Assembly (NCBI GenBank): GCA_024276825.1 | Contig: JAJRWI010000033.1 | Location: 1-64,000, forward strand | Direction of reading: 5' to 3' | DNA length: 64,000 bases | Source of the DNA: an archaeon | Lineage (GTDB): Archaea; Asgardarchaeota; Thorarchaeia; Thorarchaeales; Thorarchaeaceae | Shown here: positions 1-11,413 of the stretch, piece by piece | How positions within the stretch are numbered: position 1 is the stretch's first letter | Layout of the letters: each line of letters starts with the position of its first letter | Program-made: the position numbers and the translations under genes | The notes under the pieces: generated by a model | What the model was told of the DNA's origin: nothing | Seen by the model: the letters and a program-made list of their open reading frames with translations, nothing else | The model's database searches: none

Positions 1-2
1 AT

Positions 3-1808
3 GTCACTGTATCACCTGAATTGAGTCCTATTCTTGGAAACCACTGCATGATCGATTTTGAAATTCGTCATACATATTGGGATGTTCCTGGTGTTCGCTA
101 TGAAACAACACATGGACTAACACCATTTATGGATGTACCTCGTTTTACAATCACAAACACATATCATCAATTTGACATTGGACAAGTAGTAAACACTATA
201 GATGTTGATGTAGACCCAATTTGGGAAACTCTTTTACCGATGTCTGATGCTTTTCTTAGATGGGGATACTCACTTCTAGATGAGTCATTTAATTCTCCAA
301 TCAACACCTATGAGGGAGTCAACCTCTGGAATGGTGCTGATTATCGAGTCCCTGAGAACATCTCACTGACTTTTGACATGTTACATAATCACTTAGAATT
401 TCCATACATAATCGATTGCCATGAAGAAGTAGTACACTACACTGAAGCAGCTCAAAATTACAAAGAGAACGGATTTTATTATGATATCAATCTGGGGCTT
501 TCATTCACTGTTCCTGCAACAATTACAATCAATATGCCCACCACAGTCAGAAAGGGGGAGTCTTATGACATAAGCATAGATCTTAGCCTTGACAAGGAGA
601 ATATTGATGTACTGTTCACTTATGACATTGAACTCGGCTATGTCTTGCACTGGTGGTTCATTGACTGCGATTACAATACAACATATAGTGGTCGTTCTGA
701 GTTTAATGTAAACCTTCAAGATGTTTCAGACATTATAACTAGTATTGGACTGTCAACAGAATCAATAACTGGTGACTATCTGGGAGAATGGCTTACAATA
801 AAGAAATTTTCAACAAGTACGGACCTTCTTGGAACACTACTTGATGCTGAAGTTGAGATCCACCTCTTTAAGATTCTCTCAGACCTGCTAGAATCCACTC
901 AGGTGGGGCGCATTATCAAGCTACTTGACTTTTTCATTGATGAAGTTGACTTGATTGCGACACCATCTATTAGTGGTTATGTATCCACTGATCTTGAAGT
1001 TTCAAACTCTGCAATCGTACTTGACAGGAGCACAATTACTTTTGACGAAGGAAACACTCACCAACAAGCCACAATGACCGTAAATGGTGGCCCCTCATCA
1101 ACAAGCTTAAGGCTCACCAATATGACTTATAATATCGAATTCGCAACAGATTGGAGCATTGAACTTGATTTTTCGAATGTTGTGAACTACTTCGTTGACG
1201 ACTATGAATATTACATTGGCACCTTTCCATCCATTACATTCTCAAGTGACGAACACTGTGTTGAAGCCAGCTTGCATACAGGATATGATCAGAGTATATC
1301 ATTGAGCGTCATTAATGATCTTACCCCACCACAGATTGATTGCAGTGCTAGTCCTCAGAGTCCGACAAGTAGTGATTCTGTACTGATAACTGCCTCTGTA
1401 TCTGATGACTCTAGCATCGCCATCGTTCTGCTCTCGTATTCACTTGACAATGGGCTGTCTTGGATAAACAAAACAATGACTTATGATCCCAGTATAACCA
1501 AGTACAAGGCTTACATCCCCTCTCAAGAATCCGGAACTAATGTCCAATATCTCATTTATGCGTGCGACGAGTATGATAACTGGGCTACCACGAGTAGTTC
1601 ATCATACCTTGTTTATGACCCCCCTATACAAACAACAACATCTTCCTCAACAACACCAACAACAGTTTCAAATACAAACCCACCAAGCAGTCCACCTGAT
1701 ACATCGCCCCTCTCAGGCAATGTTGTTCTTACATCTGTTCTTGGTATAGCTGTATTGGGAGTAATTATAGTCCTCATGATAAAACAGCGGTCACACAAGA
1801 CCTCCTAA
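3..1808 (+). CDS. Extracellular, C-terminally membrane-anchored protein (5' partial)
   Basis: Frame is open back to the window start. Beta-rich acidic body, Ig-like module (DLTPPQI...), Ser/Thr/Pro linker, C-terminal TM helix and basic tail. Confidence 0.7.
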   Translation, partial: VTVSPELSPILGNHCMIDFEIRHTYWDVPGVRYETTHGLTPFMDVPRFTITNTYHQFDIGQVVNTIDVDVDPIWETLLPMSDAFLRWGYSLLDESFNSPINTYEGVNLWNGADYRVPENISLTFDMLHNHLEFPYIIDCHEEVVHYTEAAQNYKENGFYYDINLGLSFTVPATITINMPTTVRKGESYDISIDLSLDKENIDVLFTYDIELGYVLHWWFIDCDYNTTYSGRSEFNVNLQDVSDIITSIGLSTESITGDYLGEWLTIKKFSTSTDLLGTLLDAEVEIHLFKILSDLLESTQVGRIIKLLDFFIDEVDLIATPSISGYVSTDLEVSNSAIVLDRSTITFDEGNTHQQATMTVNGGPSSTSLRLTNMTYNIEFATDWSIELDFSNVVNYFVDDYEYYIGTFPSITFSSDEHCVEASLHTGYDQSISLSVINDLTPPQIDCSASPQSPTSSDSVLITASVSDDSSIAIVLLSYSLDNGLSWINKTMTYDPSITKYKAYIPSQESGTNVQYLIYACDEYDNWATTSSSSYLVYDPPIQTTTSSSTTPTTVSNTNPPSSPPDTSPLSGNVVLTSVLGIAVLGVIIVLMIKQRSHKTS

Positions 1809-2152
1809 TATTTGAACTACACGAGTCATACTGGCTACATGACAAGCCAGTATGGCTTCTATATATCAAATTGCCTTGCTCATTTTTCCAAATATTGCAA
1901 CTGATATTTATACCATTACAAAGTGAGCTCGCCTTTGGATGTTCTATTGATTGGCCATCCTATCTATGATTAATTCTGAATCAATCGATACATAAGCAAG
2001 TTGTCATCTTTTGGGTTGCTCATAGATGCCTAGATGTGGGGCAATCCTGAAATTTACAATGAAAAGTGTCTATGAGATGAGTTGGTATTATCCCTGAATG
2101 CCAAACATCCAAACTGTGTGTAATATCTTCATCCTCTGCAGACTGTATTTAT

Positions 2153-2335
2153 TTCTGCGAATCAAAAACACATCAAGTATCAAAGGCTATCAAGAAACTT
2201 GCCATCTTTGGTTTATCTCTTAGAAACGCTTTTGGGCCTGACAGCGATGTTGATGCCTTGGTGATGTTTAAACAAGGAACCGTGCTTCTTGCAAAAATAA
2301 GTGATGACCTCTTTCGAAAGGAAACTAATACTTGA
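2153..2335 (+). pseudogene. Degenerate minimal nucleotidyltransferase (MNT/MntA antitoxin-like) fragment
   Basis: Manual translation FCESKTHQVSKAIKKLAIFGLSLRNAFGPDSDVDALVMF matches the MNT hFGS...DSDhD motif with GS changed to GL. No start codon; truncated. Confidence 0.65.
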
Positions 2336-2402
2336 GTTCATTTTGAAACAGACTCATGCGCACATTCAGAGCATATCATCGAAGATCAATGTTCACTGAC
2401 TT

Positions 2403-2738
2403 TCAATGCATGAATTTCACTTTGAAACTCTCATCAATTTCCTGAATGACCCTGAAATGGTTATCTTTGGTGCATAAGGTCAGGCCCCTATTAATTGCTA
2501 TTGCAGAGATTGTGATGTCTATTGCTGGAAGAGGCTTTCCAAGTTTCAGAAGGAGTGTGGAGAGAGTGAATGCTTTATCAAAATCCTCCCGACCTGGAAT
2601 GATCACTTTCAACCCCCTCAATGATATTGATTTTGGATACTCAATCAAATTAAGCGATGTAGTGCATCCTTCCACTGATCTTGCATTATTTCGAATGAAA
2701 TCTATTAAGATGCTTGTGTCGTAGAGTGGCGTTCCCAT
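2403..2738 (-). CDS. vapC: VapC-like PIN-domain toxin
   Basis: LYDTSILID, P-x-x-D-I-x-I-S-A-I-A, LCTKDNHF PIN motifs; overlaps the antitoxin gene. Confidence 0.85.
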   Translation of the reverse strand: MGTPLYDTSILIDFIRNNARSVEGCTTSLNLIEYPKSISLRGLKVIIPGREDFDKAFTLSTLLLKLGKPLPAIDITISAIAINRGLTLCTKDNHFRVIQEIDESFKVKFMH

Positions 2739-2977
2739 TCCATCTCCCTCGATCTCTTGTAATGTGATTCGGCCTCTTCAATAGAGATTGTTTCTAGATT
2801 CACTCCGAGTTTCTCAGCAAGTCTTGCATAGTGTTCTATATCTACAGTTTCACTTCCCGCTAGTCGGTCCAAATACTCCACAATTGCACGCCTAACGACT
2901 TCACTCCATTTTATCTCAGGGTATTTTTTCATTCGTTTTCGAATCTCTTCGGGGATAGATAATGTGATGTTTGGCAT
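2705..2977 (-). CDS. RHH-type antitoxin (VapB-like)
   Basis: MPNITLSIPEEIRKRMKKYPEIKWSEVVRRAI is the typical archaeal RHH antitoxin N-terminus; lies upstream of the PIN gene. Confidence 0.8.
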   Translation of the reverse strand: MPNITLSIPEEIRKRMKKYPEIKWSEVVRRAIVEYLDRLAGSETVDIEHYARLAEKLGVNLETISIEEAESHYKRSREMEWERHSTTQAS

Positions 2978-3297
2978 ATGTGATTATACATATTATCCAT
3001 ATATAAGTGTAAACACCTCTTTTGAAAATTGTATACTATTTTTGTCCTTTGCAAGATAGAATGTCATCTCTCCAGACTCGATTAGGTCGGTGATATCTTC
3101 TAGAGTGAGGTGCACAACAAGGTCCAATCCCGGTCAATCATTTCTTGATAGGCCATGACAAGTTGCAGATTCAATCATACTTGATTTCGGACAAATCATA
3201 AGATTCGCTCTTGGAGCGGTCTACGAACCAAACCATGCATGCGATAAGCACGAAAATAATCATGATAATCAGTGCTATTGAAAGAGATGCGGAATAG

Positions 3298-3762
3298 GTT
3301 TCAGTCCCTCTAGTTCATACTCCCTTCACTGAACCAAAGGGGACTCCCATACAAGCGATGGCTGCACAAGGTGTTAAGGGAACAATAGAGATATTTTTAG
3401 AATACACTGATGGACTGAGAGATCTTGAAGGCTTCTCTCATATTATCTTATTATACCATTTTCACAAGTCCAAGCCATATTCGTTGACGGTGAGACCATA
3501 CATGGATGATTGCGAACATGGAGTGTTTGCAACACGGTCTCCGAGCAGACCGAACCCGATTGGCATCTCTGTGGTTCGACTTCTGGCGATAAATGATGGG
3601 AACATTGAGATTGTAGATGTTGACATTCTAGATGGTACGCCACTCTTGGACATTAAGCCGTACGTACCGCAATTTGATATAGCTGAGGTCAAGCGCATCG
3701 GTTGGCTCGAAGATAGAGTTCACAGCCTCCCCGATTCAAGGGATGATGGACGTTTTGCTTGA
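3298..3762 (+). CDS. trmO: tRNA m6t6A37 methyltransferase TrmO/TsaA family (5' end possibly damaged)
   Basis: GVFATRSPSRPNPIG and DGTPLLDIKPY motifs. The conserved VHTPFTEPKGTPIQ lies in frame upstream of the ATG at 3358, after a TAG at 3295. Confidence 0.85.
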   Translation, partial: VSVPLVHTPFTEPKGTPIQAMAAQGVKGTIEIFLEYTDGLRDLEGFSHIILLYHFHKSKPYSLTVRPYMDDCEHGVFATRSPSRPNPIGISVVRLLAINDGNIEIVDVDILDGTPLLDIKPYVPQFDIAEVKRIGWLEDRVHSLPDSRDDGRFA

Positions 3763-3912
3763 GTGTATCACTAATTATAACAAAAAGACAATAAAGTTCA
3801 GTAAAGGCTCAATACATACAATCAACATCATTATGACTGAAACTACCATCGACTTGATATTCCACTATTGATACCCATAATTATCTAGTTTATCGATAAG
3901 AAGTGTTTCCTA

Positions 3913-5334
3913 ATGGGATTGATAAAGAAGCCATTCAGACCAATTGTCCTTGCATTAGTGGGCATTATTCTTACGAGTTCATTCATAATTGGTATCAACA
4001 TGAACCAAGTCGCACCAAGCATCACAAATCTCGAAGATCCCTATGTGACAATATTTAGAGGTGATGCAGAATATGGACTGATGTTGTCTTGGGATGATGG
4101 ACCTATCACTGATTTAATGATGTCATACTTGGAAGATAGAATTGGAGTCACTCATACTTCATTTATTATTACATCAAGAATCACTGATTATGTCAAACTA
4201 TACATGACTGATTTACTATTCAGAGGTTTTGATATTCAATCTCATGGGCTCTATCATGAGTATCTTGGTGATGAGTCTGATCTCGACTATATTAGAGAGA
4301 CTCTTAATCAGAGTATAATCGATATTCAGCATCATTTTGGATTTATTCCAACAATCTTTGCATATCCATATGGCAACGCGTCTTACGAAGAGTCTAAAAT
4401 TGTTCTCTCCCTGTTTGATGTTGGTCGCGGTGTAATGGGAGAATCAATTTACAGACTGGGGGAATGGCCCAACGTCTATCGCAAGTACTGTCCTCACTCA
4501 CTCCCATCCGCAGATGGAATATGCGATGAGACCGTAAGCATGATATCTAGACGATTCAACGAGATGATTGAGCCTCCCGATCCCACAATGTACAATCCCG
4601 ACTCGAAACTATGGGACAAATCAGTCAATGAATCAACTCACAAGATGTTCAAACTCTACGGCCATACATCTTATTCTTTTCTCAACAGATCATCTTGGGA
4701 CATATTCATTGACGAGATGACAGAAATTCTTTCGAACAATAGAGTCTGGGCAACTTCATGGGGGGAGGGCTTTGCTTATGAAAAGGTCCGAGCTGGTACT
4801 ACTATCTCTCAGATAGAGCGGGGTGAGGATGTGATCTCCTTCTCAATAGACACATCAGTTGACATCTCAAAATACCCCATTCCTGTGACTGTGAAGGTAG
4901 AAGTCCCAAATGACTGGGATGTGGGATCAGTCATCATTGGTGAGAAGGAGGTTTCTGTCAATGAAATCATCTCCATTGATAATAGAAGCTACATCATGTT
5001 TGACATTCTCCCCAATGGTCAACGAGTTCAAATTAGAAATGTACCGTCTAGTGACAGCGAACCTCCACAGATAGATAGTCTGACTATGCGTTATCTTGCT
5101 AATGGTACAATATTTACGTTTAATGCATTTGATGCGAGCGGCTTCATTACGGATATCAATGTATCAGTCACCATAGATAATTCGATTCTGACTCTCAATA
5201 ACATAAGAAACCCAATATTCTGGGGAAATAGCACATATGGTTTTGTTATCTATGATCATATAGAGAATGCAGACATCATGATTACACTTGAAGACTCCAA
5301 TGGTAACGTTGCGTATCTCGTTGAACAAATCTGA
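3913..5334 (+). CDS. Secreted/membrane-anchored polysaccharide deacetylase (CE4/NodB) family protein
   Basis: N-terminal TM; LSWDDG, IQSHGLYH and FAYPYG motifs. Confidence 0.8.
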   Translation: MGLIKKPFRPIVLALVGIILTSSFIIGINMNQVAPSITNLEDPYVTIFRGDAEYGLMLSWDDGPITDLMMSYLEDRIGVTHTSFIITSRITDYVKLYMTDLLFRGFDIQSHGLYHEYLGDESDLDYIRETLNQSIIDIQHHFGFIPTIFAYPYGNASYEESKIVLSLFDVGRGVMGESIYRLGEWPNVYRKYCPHSLPSADGICDETVSMISRRFNEMIEPPDPTMYNPDSKLWDKSVNESTHKMFKLYGHTSYSFLNRSSWDIFIDEMTEILSNNRVWATSWGEGFAYEKVRAGTTISQIERGEDVISFSIDTSVDISKYPIPVTVKVEVPNDWDVGSVIIGEKEVSVNEIISIDNRSYIMFDILPNGQRVQIRNVPSSDSEPPQIDSLTMRYLANGTIFTFNAFDASGFITDINVSVTIDNSILTLNNIRNPIFWGNSTYGFVIYDHIENADIMITLEDSNGNVAYLVEQI

Positions 5335-5335
5335 C

Positions 5336-6910
5336 TCATGAAATACTCTCTTCATGACCATTACCTATGACGACATCCCTCTCAGGCAGTTTTTGTTTTT
5401 TCCAAAGGATATAGAGCCCAACAAGAAATGCAATAGGAGTCGGTATTGCAATACTTGACATGAGCATGAAACGTAGCAGTAGGACCGAGTTTACCACTAT
5501 GCCCCCGATTAGGAACACCCACCAAGGCATCCTTCCATGATTGCAGATAATGCCTAGAATGGCAAGTAATAGCATCAATATCTTATCATGATAGTAAAAG
5601 AGTGGTGGTATGAACAGACCAAGATTGTATGTTGTGTATGAAGTGCTCCATATAATATAATAGAACATTCCATTGATAATAAGGCCAAACGAATAGACCA
5701 TTGGAATCACAACGAACGGAAGAAATAGTGTGAACCCTGCAATAGTCATGTCAAATCTTGCGATTAGTGGTGCAAGACTAATCCTTTGTTTTATTCTCTC
5801 AATAATGGGCCTACGCTTCTCGGACTCTGGCAGTGTCTTCTTCTTGGGGATGATTGTTCTCACATCAATTATAAGATTATGAGCCAAAATAAGTGCCAAT
5901 CCAACCAAAGCGATGAGTGATGCGGCTGGATAGATTGTTATCCACTGCTCTCCATAGAAAGACGAGAGAAATCTATTGATTACTATATTAGGAATCATAA
6001 CCTGAAGGTAATATATTGGAAATACAAGCACAAGACCAAGTGAGGAACGAAGGCGACCCATTGCAGTCAGGAGCAATATGAGGGATCCAAGAACACTGAG
6101 GATGATCCATATAGCTGAGTAGTATGGATCGCTGTTGTAATATGTGATTGTATAAACAGGAGGGTTGAAGTGAATTAATGTGAAACGTTCTACAACAATC
6201 TCTGTCAGAGAATAATGTACTCTTATCCAGTCCTCACTGTGTCCCATTGGATACGATGCGAAACCCTCCCCAAGGGGCAGAAGAAGAGTGACAATTGGCA
6301 TTGCGATTGCCATCAATATATGAATCGGATTGAGTAGATTGCGCCGAGTCTGCCTTTTGTTCCATAGATACACGAGATGCACAGCCAAGCTTACGAATAC
6401 CACAAGACCAAGCTCTGTAACCGTTGTCCCTAGTGCATGTATTGACGCCGCCATTGCAAGGTCTTCAGGAGTCGGGGCCTCTGCTTGCTCTGCGATCTGG
6501 GTAGTGTAATGAAAGATGACTGTCGAATCACCATTCTTCAATCCAATAGTGATCGTGAAGTCCTGTGCGGGCACCGTAAAATCAGGAGCAACATTTGGGA
6601 ATGCCATACCATCAAGAGTTGTGTTGTCCAATGAATCATAATGCGCAAATGAGCCGCTTCTGCTGCCTTTGATATCAAATGACACATCACCATTTGTGAC
6701 ATTGAGGTCGTCTATTACAAGACGAATCGCATAGATAGACCAACTCATCTCTTGATGAGTCGAGTTCACTTGGATGATGACGGTTCTCTGACGATAGTCT
6801 TTCCAACGGCAGCCTGGCGTCGGGAACAGTTCCGCATACGCCACAATGGTCATTCCTGAAACAATCAACATCATTGAAATGAGAATTAAATGAACACGAC
6901 CAATATGCAT
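5336..6910 (-). CDS. Multi-pass membrane protein of unknown function
   Basis: Signal/TM, extracellular domain, about 10 hydrophobic helices. Confidence 0.65.
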   Translation of the reverse strand: MHIGRVHLILISMMLIVSGMTIVAYAELFPTPGCRWKDYRQRTVIIQVNSTHQEMSWSIYAIRLVIDDLNVTNGDVSFDIKGSRSGSFAHYDSLDNTTLDGMAFPNVAPDFTVPAQDFTITIGLKNGDSTVIFHYTTQIAEQAEAPTPEDLAMAASIHALGTTVTELGLVVFVSLAVHLVYLWNKRQTRRNLLNPIHILMAIAMPIVTLLLPLGEGFASYPMGHSEDWIRVHYSLTEIVVERFTLIHFNPPVYTITYYNSDPYYSAIWIILSVLGSLILLLTAMGRLRSSLGLVLVFPIYYLQVMIPNIVINRFLSSFYGEQWITIYPAASLIALVGLALILAHNLIIDVRTIIPKKKTLPESEKRRPIIERIKQRISLAPLIARFDMTIAGFTLFLPFVVIPMVYSFGLIINGMFYYIIWSTSYTTYNLGLFIPPLFYYHDKILMLLLAILGIICNHGRMPWWVFLIGGIVVNSVLLLRFMLMSSIAIPTPIAFLVGLYILWKKQKLPERDVVIGNGHEESIS

Positions 6911-7069
6911 CAGAGGCGCTCCCCATAATTGACCCGCAGTATATTTAATGGTCTGAAGGCAATTTAGTCTTTCTAAAACTCTGGCAATTGTATTGCCATA
7001 AGACTATAATCTAGTATAGGTTGCCGCCTACAGATATGAATCAATATCGTGCGGTCTATGAAGGTAATT

Positions 7070-7261
7070 CTAAATCTGCGAGATGTCAAAGGGCTCGCCG
7101 TTGAGGCGATCCACAACCCATGTGATGCAGGCAAAAACTGCAAATAGACCTACTATTAGCAGGACGATTGGTTGTGATGCGTAGAAGTTCTCGTTCTCCA
7201 TTGAATCAAGTGAACCTGTGGTTATTAACATGAACACTGCAGCAGCACCTATGCCAATCAT
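7070..7261 (-). CDS. Small two-TM membrane protein (possibly a fragment)
   Basis: Two hydrophobic segments in 63 aa. Confidence 0.35.
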   Translation of the reverse strand: MIGIGAAAVFMLITTGSLDSMENENFYASQPIVLLIVGLFAVFACITWVVDRLNGEPFDISQI

Positions 7262-7480
7262 GAGAATTATCAGTCAATTTGGTGTCTTGTCTGTCATATG
7301 ATCAATCTCATCATTCCATAATTCTAAAATCGGATAATATCTATTTCGACATGAAAAGTAGCATCACTGAAGATTTCCAAACCTTAGGTGAGGCATTCAA
7401 TATTCATCACAGAGTATTAGAATTGCAATCGAACTTGCAGTGCACCGATAAATACTTAACCATTGTTAACTACTATTCTA

Positions 7481-9175
7481 ATGATTGAAATGAATGAGAT
7501 TAAGCCTCAACGCAAATACGAACTAAAGATCAAGGGCATGACTTGTGACTCCTGTGCCCATCATGTCAGAGCGGCATTGAAGAGCGTTGATGGAGTCATC
7601 GAGATAAGGCTTAAGAGCTGGAAGGATGAAGAGGCTGAAGTGATTGCCTCTGAGAGCACTCGACCTGAAGACCTAGTTGAGTCAGTTAAGAAGGCAGGAT
7701 ATCAGGCTGAACTCAAGTCTGAAGAAAGTGCTGAAACTACTGATGCATTGTTCAATACTCAACCTGATATTGATGTGGTTGTTATTGGAACTGGTGGCGC
7801 TGGTGTCGCAGCTGCAATAAGAGCAGCAGAACTTGGCAAAAATGTGATTATAATTGAGAGGGGAGTCATAGGTGGCACCTGTGTCAATATAGGCTGTGTT
7901 CCATCAAAGGCACTCATTCATGCAGCCAAGGCATTTCACTCGGCTGGCAATCATCCCTTTAAGGGAATTTATACAACCGCTGATAGAGTGGACTTCAGCA
8001 TTGTAGTGGGTGCGAAGGACAGTCTTGTGCGAAACCTTCGACAGGAAAAGTATGCGGATGTATTAGACACCTATGACAACATCAAGATCATTCAAGGCTG
8101 GGCAAGGCTGAGAAGCGATGGGACTGTGGCTGTTGGTGAAGATAATGTGTTGCGACCTGCAAAGGTCATAATAGCAACAGGTGCACGACCTCGAATCTTG
8201 GACATCAAGGGTGTTGACAAGGTGGGTGTCCTGACCAGCACAACTGCGATGAGCCTTTCCAAACTTCCCGATTCAATGATTGTGATTGGGGGTAGAGCGG
8301 TAGCCCTCGAGCTTGGACAGACATTTGCCAGACTGGGCACCAAAGTGACAATTCTCCAGAGAAGCCAGTCAATATTGCCCGACCATGATCCAGAGATAGC
8401 TCAGGCAATTCAGAAATACCTTGAGGAAGAAGGAATCGAGATAGTGACAGGAGTCAACATACGATCAATCAGAAAAAACAATGAAATGAGGGTAGTGGTG
8501 GCTGACACTCCTCATGAAGAACGTGAGTTTAAAGCGCAAGAGATTCTGATGGCCACAGGACGTAGACCCAACACAGATGATCTGGGACTGGAAGAGGTTG
8601 GTGTCGAGCTAGACGAGAGGGGCTTCATTAAGGTAGACTCTACAATGCAGACTTCCAACCCTGCTGTCTATGCAGCAGGAGACGTGACCACACTGCCAAA
8701 ATTTGTCTACGTGGCCGCATCATCCGGAGGCATTGCTGCAGAAAACGCAGTGGGCAAGTCTGAACGACAGATTGACCTATCTGTGATTCCACAGGTGGTC
8801 TTCACTGATCCGCAAGTTTCCAGAGTGGGCATGACTGAGAGCGAGGCGCGTGATGCAGGGTTCGATGTGAAGACAAGCGTCCTACCGATGAAGCATGTCC
8901 CAAGAGCCATTGCGGCAAGGGATGTCCGAGGCCTGATCAAGCTAGTTGCAGACAGAAGGACCAATCTGCTACTGGGTGCGCATATCGTGGCGGCTGAAGC
9001 AGGAGAGATGATACAGGCAGCCACTATTGGCATAATCATGGGACAGAAGTACGGCATGCAGATAACAGACTTTCAAGAGATGCTGTTTCCATATCTCACT
9101 TGGGTTGAAGGCATCAAACTCGCAGTCCTGAGCTTTGACAAGGACGTTTCAAAGTTGTCCTGTTGTGCCACATAG
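7481..9175 (+). CDS. merA: Mercuric reductase with N-terminal HMA domain
   Basis: GMTCDSC HMA motif, GGTCVNIGCVPSK redox disulfide, C-terminal LSCCA vicinal cysteines. Confidence 0.93.
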   Translation: MIEMNEIKPQRKYELKIKGMTCDSCAHHVRAALKSVDGVIEIRLKSWKDEEAEVIASESTRPEDLVESVKKAGYQAELKSEESAETTDALFNTQPDIDVVVIGTGGAGVAAAIRAAELGKNVIIIERGVIGGTCVNIGCVPSKALIHAAKAFHSAGNHPFKGIYTTADRVDFSIVVGAKDSLVRNLRQEKYADVLDTYDNIKIIQGWARLRSDGTVAVGEDNVLRPAKVIIATGARPRILDIKGVDKVGVLTSTTAMSLSKLPDSMIVIGGRAVALELGQTFARLGTKVTILQRSQSILPDHDPEIAQAIQKYLEEEGIEIVTGVNIRSIRKNNEMRVVVADTPHEEREFKAQEILMATGRRPNTDDLGLEEVGVELDERGFIKVDSTMQTSNPAVYAAGDVTTLPKFVYVAASSGGIAAENAVGKSERQIDLSVIPQVVFTDPQVSRVGMTESEARDAGFDVKTSVLPMKHVPRAIAARDVRGLIKLVADRRTNLLLGAHIVAAEAGEMIQAATIGIIMGQKYGMQITDFQEMLFPYLTWVEGIKLAVLSFDKDVSKLSCCAT

Positions 9176-9196
9176 ATTCGATAAAACAAATCATCA

Positions 9197-11395
9197 TCAA
9201 CTCTCTCTGCCGGTGGACCTGCAACCAAATGAGTTCAGAAGAACGGTTGTGACACTTGATGCCATGGCAATCATCGCCCAGACTGGATGGAGCAGCCCAA
9301 TGACTGCAATAGGAATTCCTACACCATTGAAAGAAAATGCCAATGCGATGTTCTGTTTTATCTTTGAATAGCTCGACTTTCCAATGACATATGCATCAAC
9401 CACGCCTGAAAGACGATCTCCGATTAGAACAACATCCGCAGACTCTATTGCAATGTCACTTCCTGCACCAATAGCAATTCCCACATCTGCCTGCATCAGG
9501 GCTGGAGCATCATTGATCCCATCACCCACCATGGCCACACGATATCCCTGTTTCTGGAGATGCCACACTTTGTTGGACTTGTCTTGAGGCATGACCCCTG
9601 CAAATACTTCATCTATCCCAATCTTTCTGGCGATTGCCTGGGCAGTCCTCTCATTATCTCCTGTCATTATCACTGACTTAATCCCCATGGAATGTAGTTT
9701 CTTAATGGTCTCACGGGCGTCCTCCTTCAGTGTGTCGCCGATTGCTATCAATCCAATGAGTTTACCATCCTTTGCAACCGCAACAGTTGTGAAACCCTGT
9801 TCTTGCAGTCTTACCATATCATCTGGATAATCATCCTTTGAGACCCCATACTGCGCCAAAAGACTTGGACTGCCAACGACAATTGTATCAACTCCAACTC
9901 TCCCGCTGACTCCAAGACCGACATGAGCCCGAAAGTCCTCTGCAGTCTGCAGTTCAATGTCCATTTCAAGGGCTCTTTCTACTATGGCGCAACCGAGTGG
10001 ATGCTCGGATCCAATCTCAAGACTGCCTGCGAGTGCAAGGACTGCTCTCTCATCATGACCGTCTTTAACAATCACTTCTACAACTTCTGGCTTGCCTTTG
10101 GTTAGAGTGCCCGTCTTGTCAAACACTACAATCCTGATGTCTTTGAAGACCTGAAATGCCTCTCCAGAGCGAATAAGGACACCCTTCTGTGCTGCAAGGC
10201 CTCCTCCACGAATCATGGCCAGTGGTGTTGCCATTCCCAGAGCACAGGGATATCCCATGACGAGCACAGCGAGAGTGGCAAAGATGGCCCGCGAAAAGTC
10301 TGGTTGACCGATAAATATCAAGGGCAAAATGGTCCACAATACGAAGGCTAAGAATGCACTTAATAACACCCCTCGTACAAAGTACTTCAGAACATTGTCG
10401 ACAAGGATGATTATGTTTGGCTTGAGTGCCCGCGCCTCCCTGATGTGCATTGCAACCTTCTGGAGGAATGACTCTTCCCCAATCCTGGTCACTCTGATAA
10501 CAAGAGTTCCTCCCTGATTTATGGAGCCGCCAATGACCTCATCACCCTGGCTCTTCAACACAGGAATGGACTCACCAGTGACAAGGCTCTGATCAACAGT
10601 CGACGAGCCATGTTCAACAACTCCGTCCACAGGAATGCTCTCCCCTGGTCTGACCCTCACAAGATTGCCTGCCTGTACATCCTCGATTGGAACTTCAGTT
10701 TCCTGTCCATCAGGAGTGATGACTCTTGCAGTGGCGGGTTGCAGGTCCATCAGCTTTCTGATTGCCTGTGATGATCTTGTACGGACGATGAGTGATACAT
10801 AACCTGACAGAATATGATACAGTGTCACGAACACTGAAACCGCAAAGAAGTCTACTGTGGGCCAAGGCTGGATGACAAAACCGACGAGACCTCCCATAAG
10901 TCCGCCAAAGGCTGCGAACTCCAGAAGGACATGCTGATTCAGAATCCCTCTTCGTAGAGAGGCTCCTGCCATCCGCTTGATATAGAATCCTGGGCCAAAC
11001 ATAATCATTATCGCTATTGCAAGAACAATGAACATGGTCCCGTTGAGCATCAAGCCCGTCCACATAAGAACCATGAGTGCAACAACAGGGAGCGCAAGCA
11101 GTCCAGAAATAATCAGTCGCAGTCGCTCATGGCGCAGCTCTTCCTCTTCCTCCTCGAAGAACCGCGTCTTGTCTGGATCCCGAATCTTGAACCCAATGCT
11201 CCGCAGTGTGTCTTTGATGTCTATGGGGGCAATCTGCTCGGGGTCATATTGGATCAATGCCTCCTCATGGCTCAGGCTGACCGAAACCTCAGCAACTCCC
11301 TCCATTCGACTAAGAGCACGAGTGATGCTCTCTGTGCAGAATGAGCACTGCATCCCACCAAGCTTGACAAGGAGCTTCTCGCGCTTCTCAGACAT
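9197..11395 (-). CDS. copA: Heavy-metal P1B-type ATPase (CopA-like)
   Basis: GMQCSFC HMA, TGES, YPCALG, DKTGTLT, SEHPLG, GDGINDAPAL and MASS motifs. Confidence 0.9.
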   Translation of the reverse strand: MSEKREKLLVKLGGMQCSFCTESITRALSRMEGVAEVSVSLSHEEALIQYDPEQIAPIDIKDTLRSIGFKIRDPDKTRFFEEEEEELRHERLRLIISGLLALPVVALMVLMWTGLMLNGTMFIVLAIAIMIMFGPGFYIKRMAGASLRRGILNQHVLLEFAAFGGLMGGLVGFVIQPWPTVDFFAVSVFVTLYHILSGYVSLIVRTRSSQAIRKLMDLQPATARVITPDGQETEVPIEDVQAGNLVRVRPGESIPVDGVVEHGSSTVDQSLVTGESIPVLKSQGDEVIGGSINQGGTLVIRVTRIGEESFLQKVAMHIREARALKPNIIILVDNVLKYFVRGVLLSAFLAFVLWTILPLIFIGQPDFSRAIFATLAVLVMGYPCALGMATPLAMIRGGGLAAQKGVLIRSGEAFQVFKDIRIVVFDKTGTLTKGKPEVVEVIVKDGHDERAVLALAGSLEIGSEHPLGCAIVERALEMDIELQTAEDFRAHVGLGVSGRVGVDTIVVGSPSLLAQYGVSKDDYPDDMVRLQEQGFTTVAVAKDGKLIGLIAIGDTLKEDARETIKKLHSMGIKSVIMTGDNERTAQAIARKIGIDEVFAGVMPQDKSNKVWHLQKQGYRVAMVGDGINDAPALMQADVGIAIGAGSDIAIESADVVLIGDRLSGVVDAYVIGKSSYSKIKQNIALAFSFNGVGIPIAVIGLLHPVWAMIAMASSVTTVLLNSFGCRSTGRES

Positions 11396-11413
11396 ACAGA
11401 TGTTCTCTCCAAA

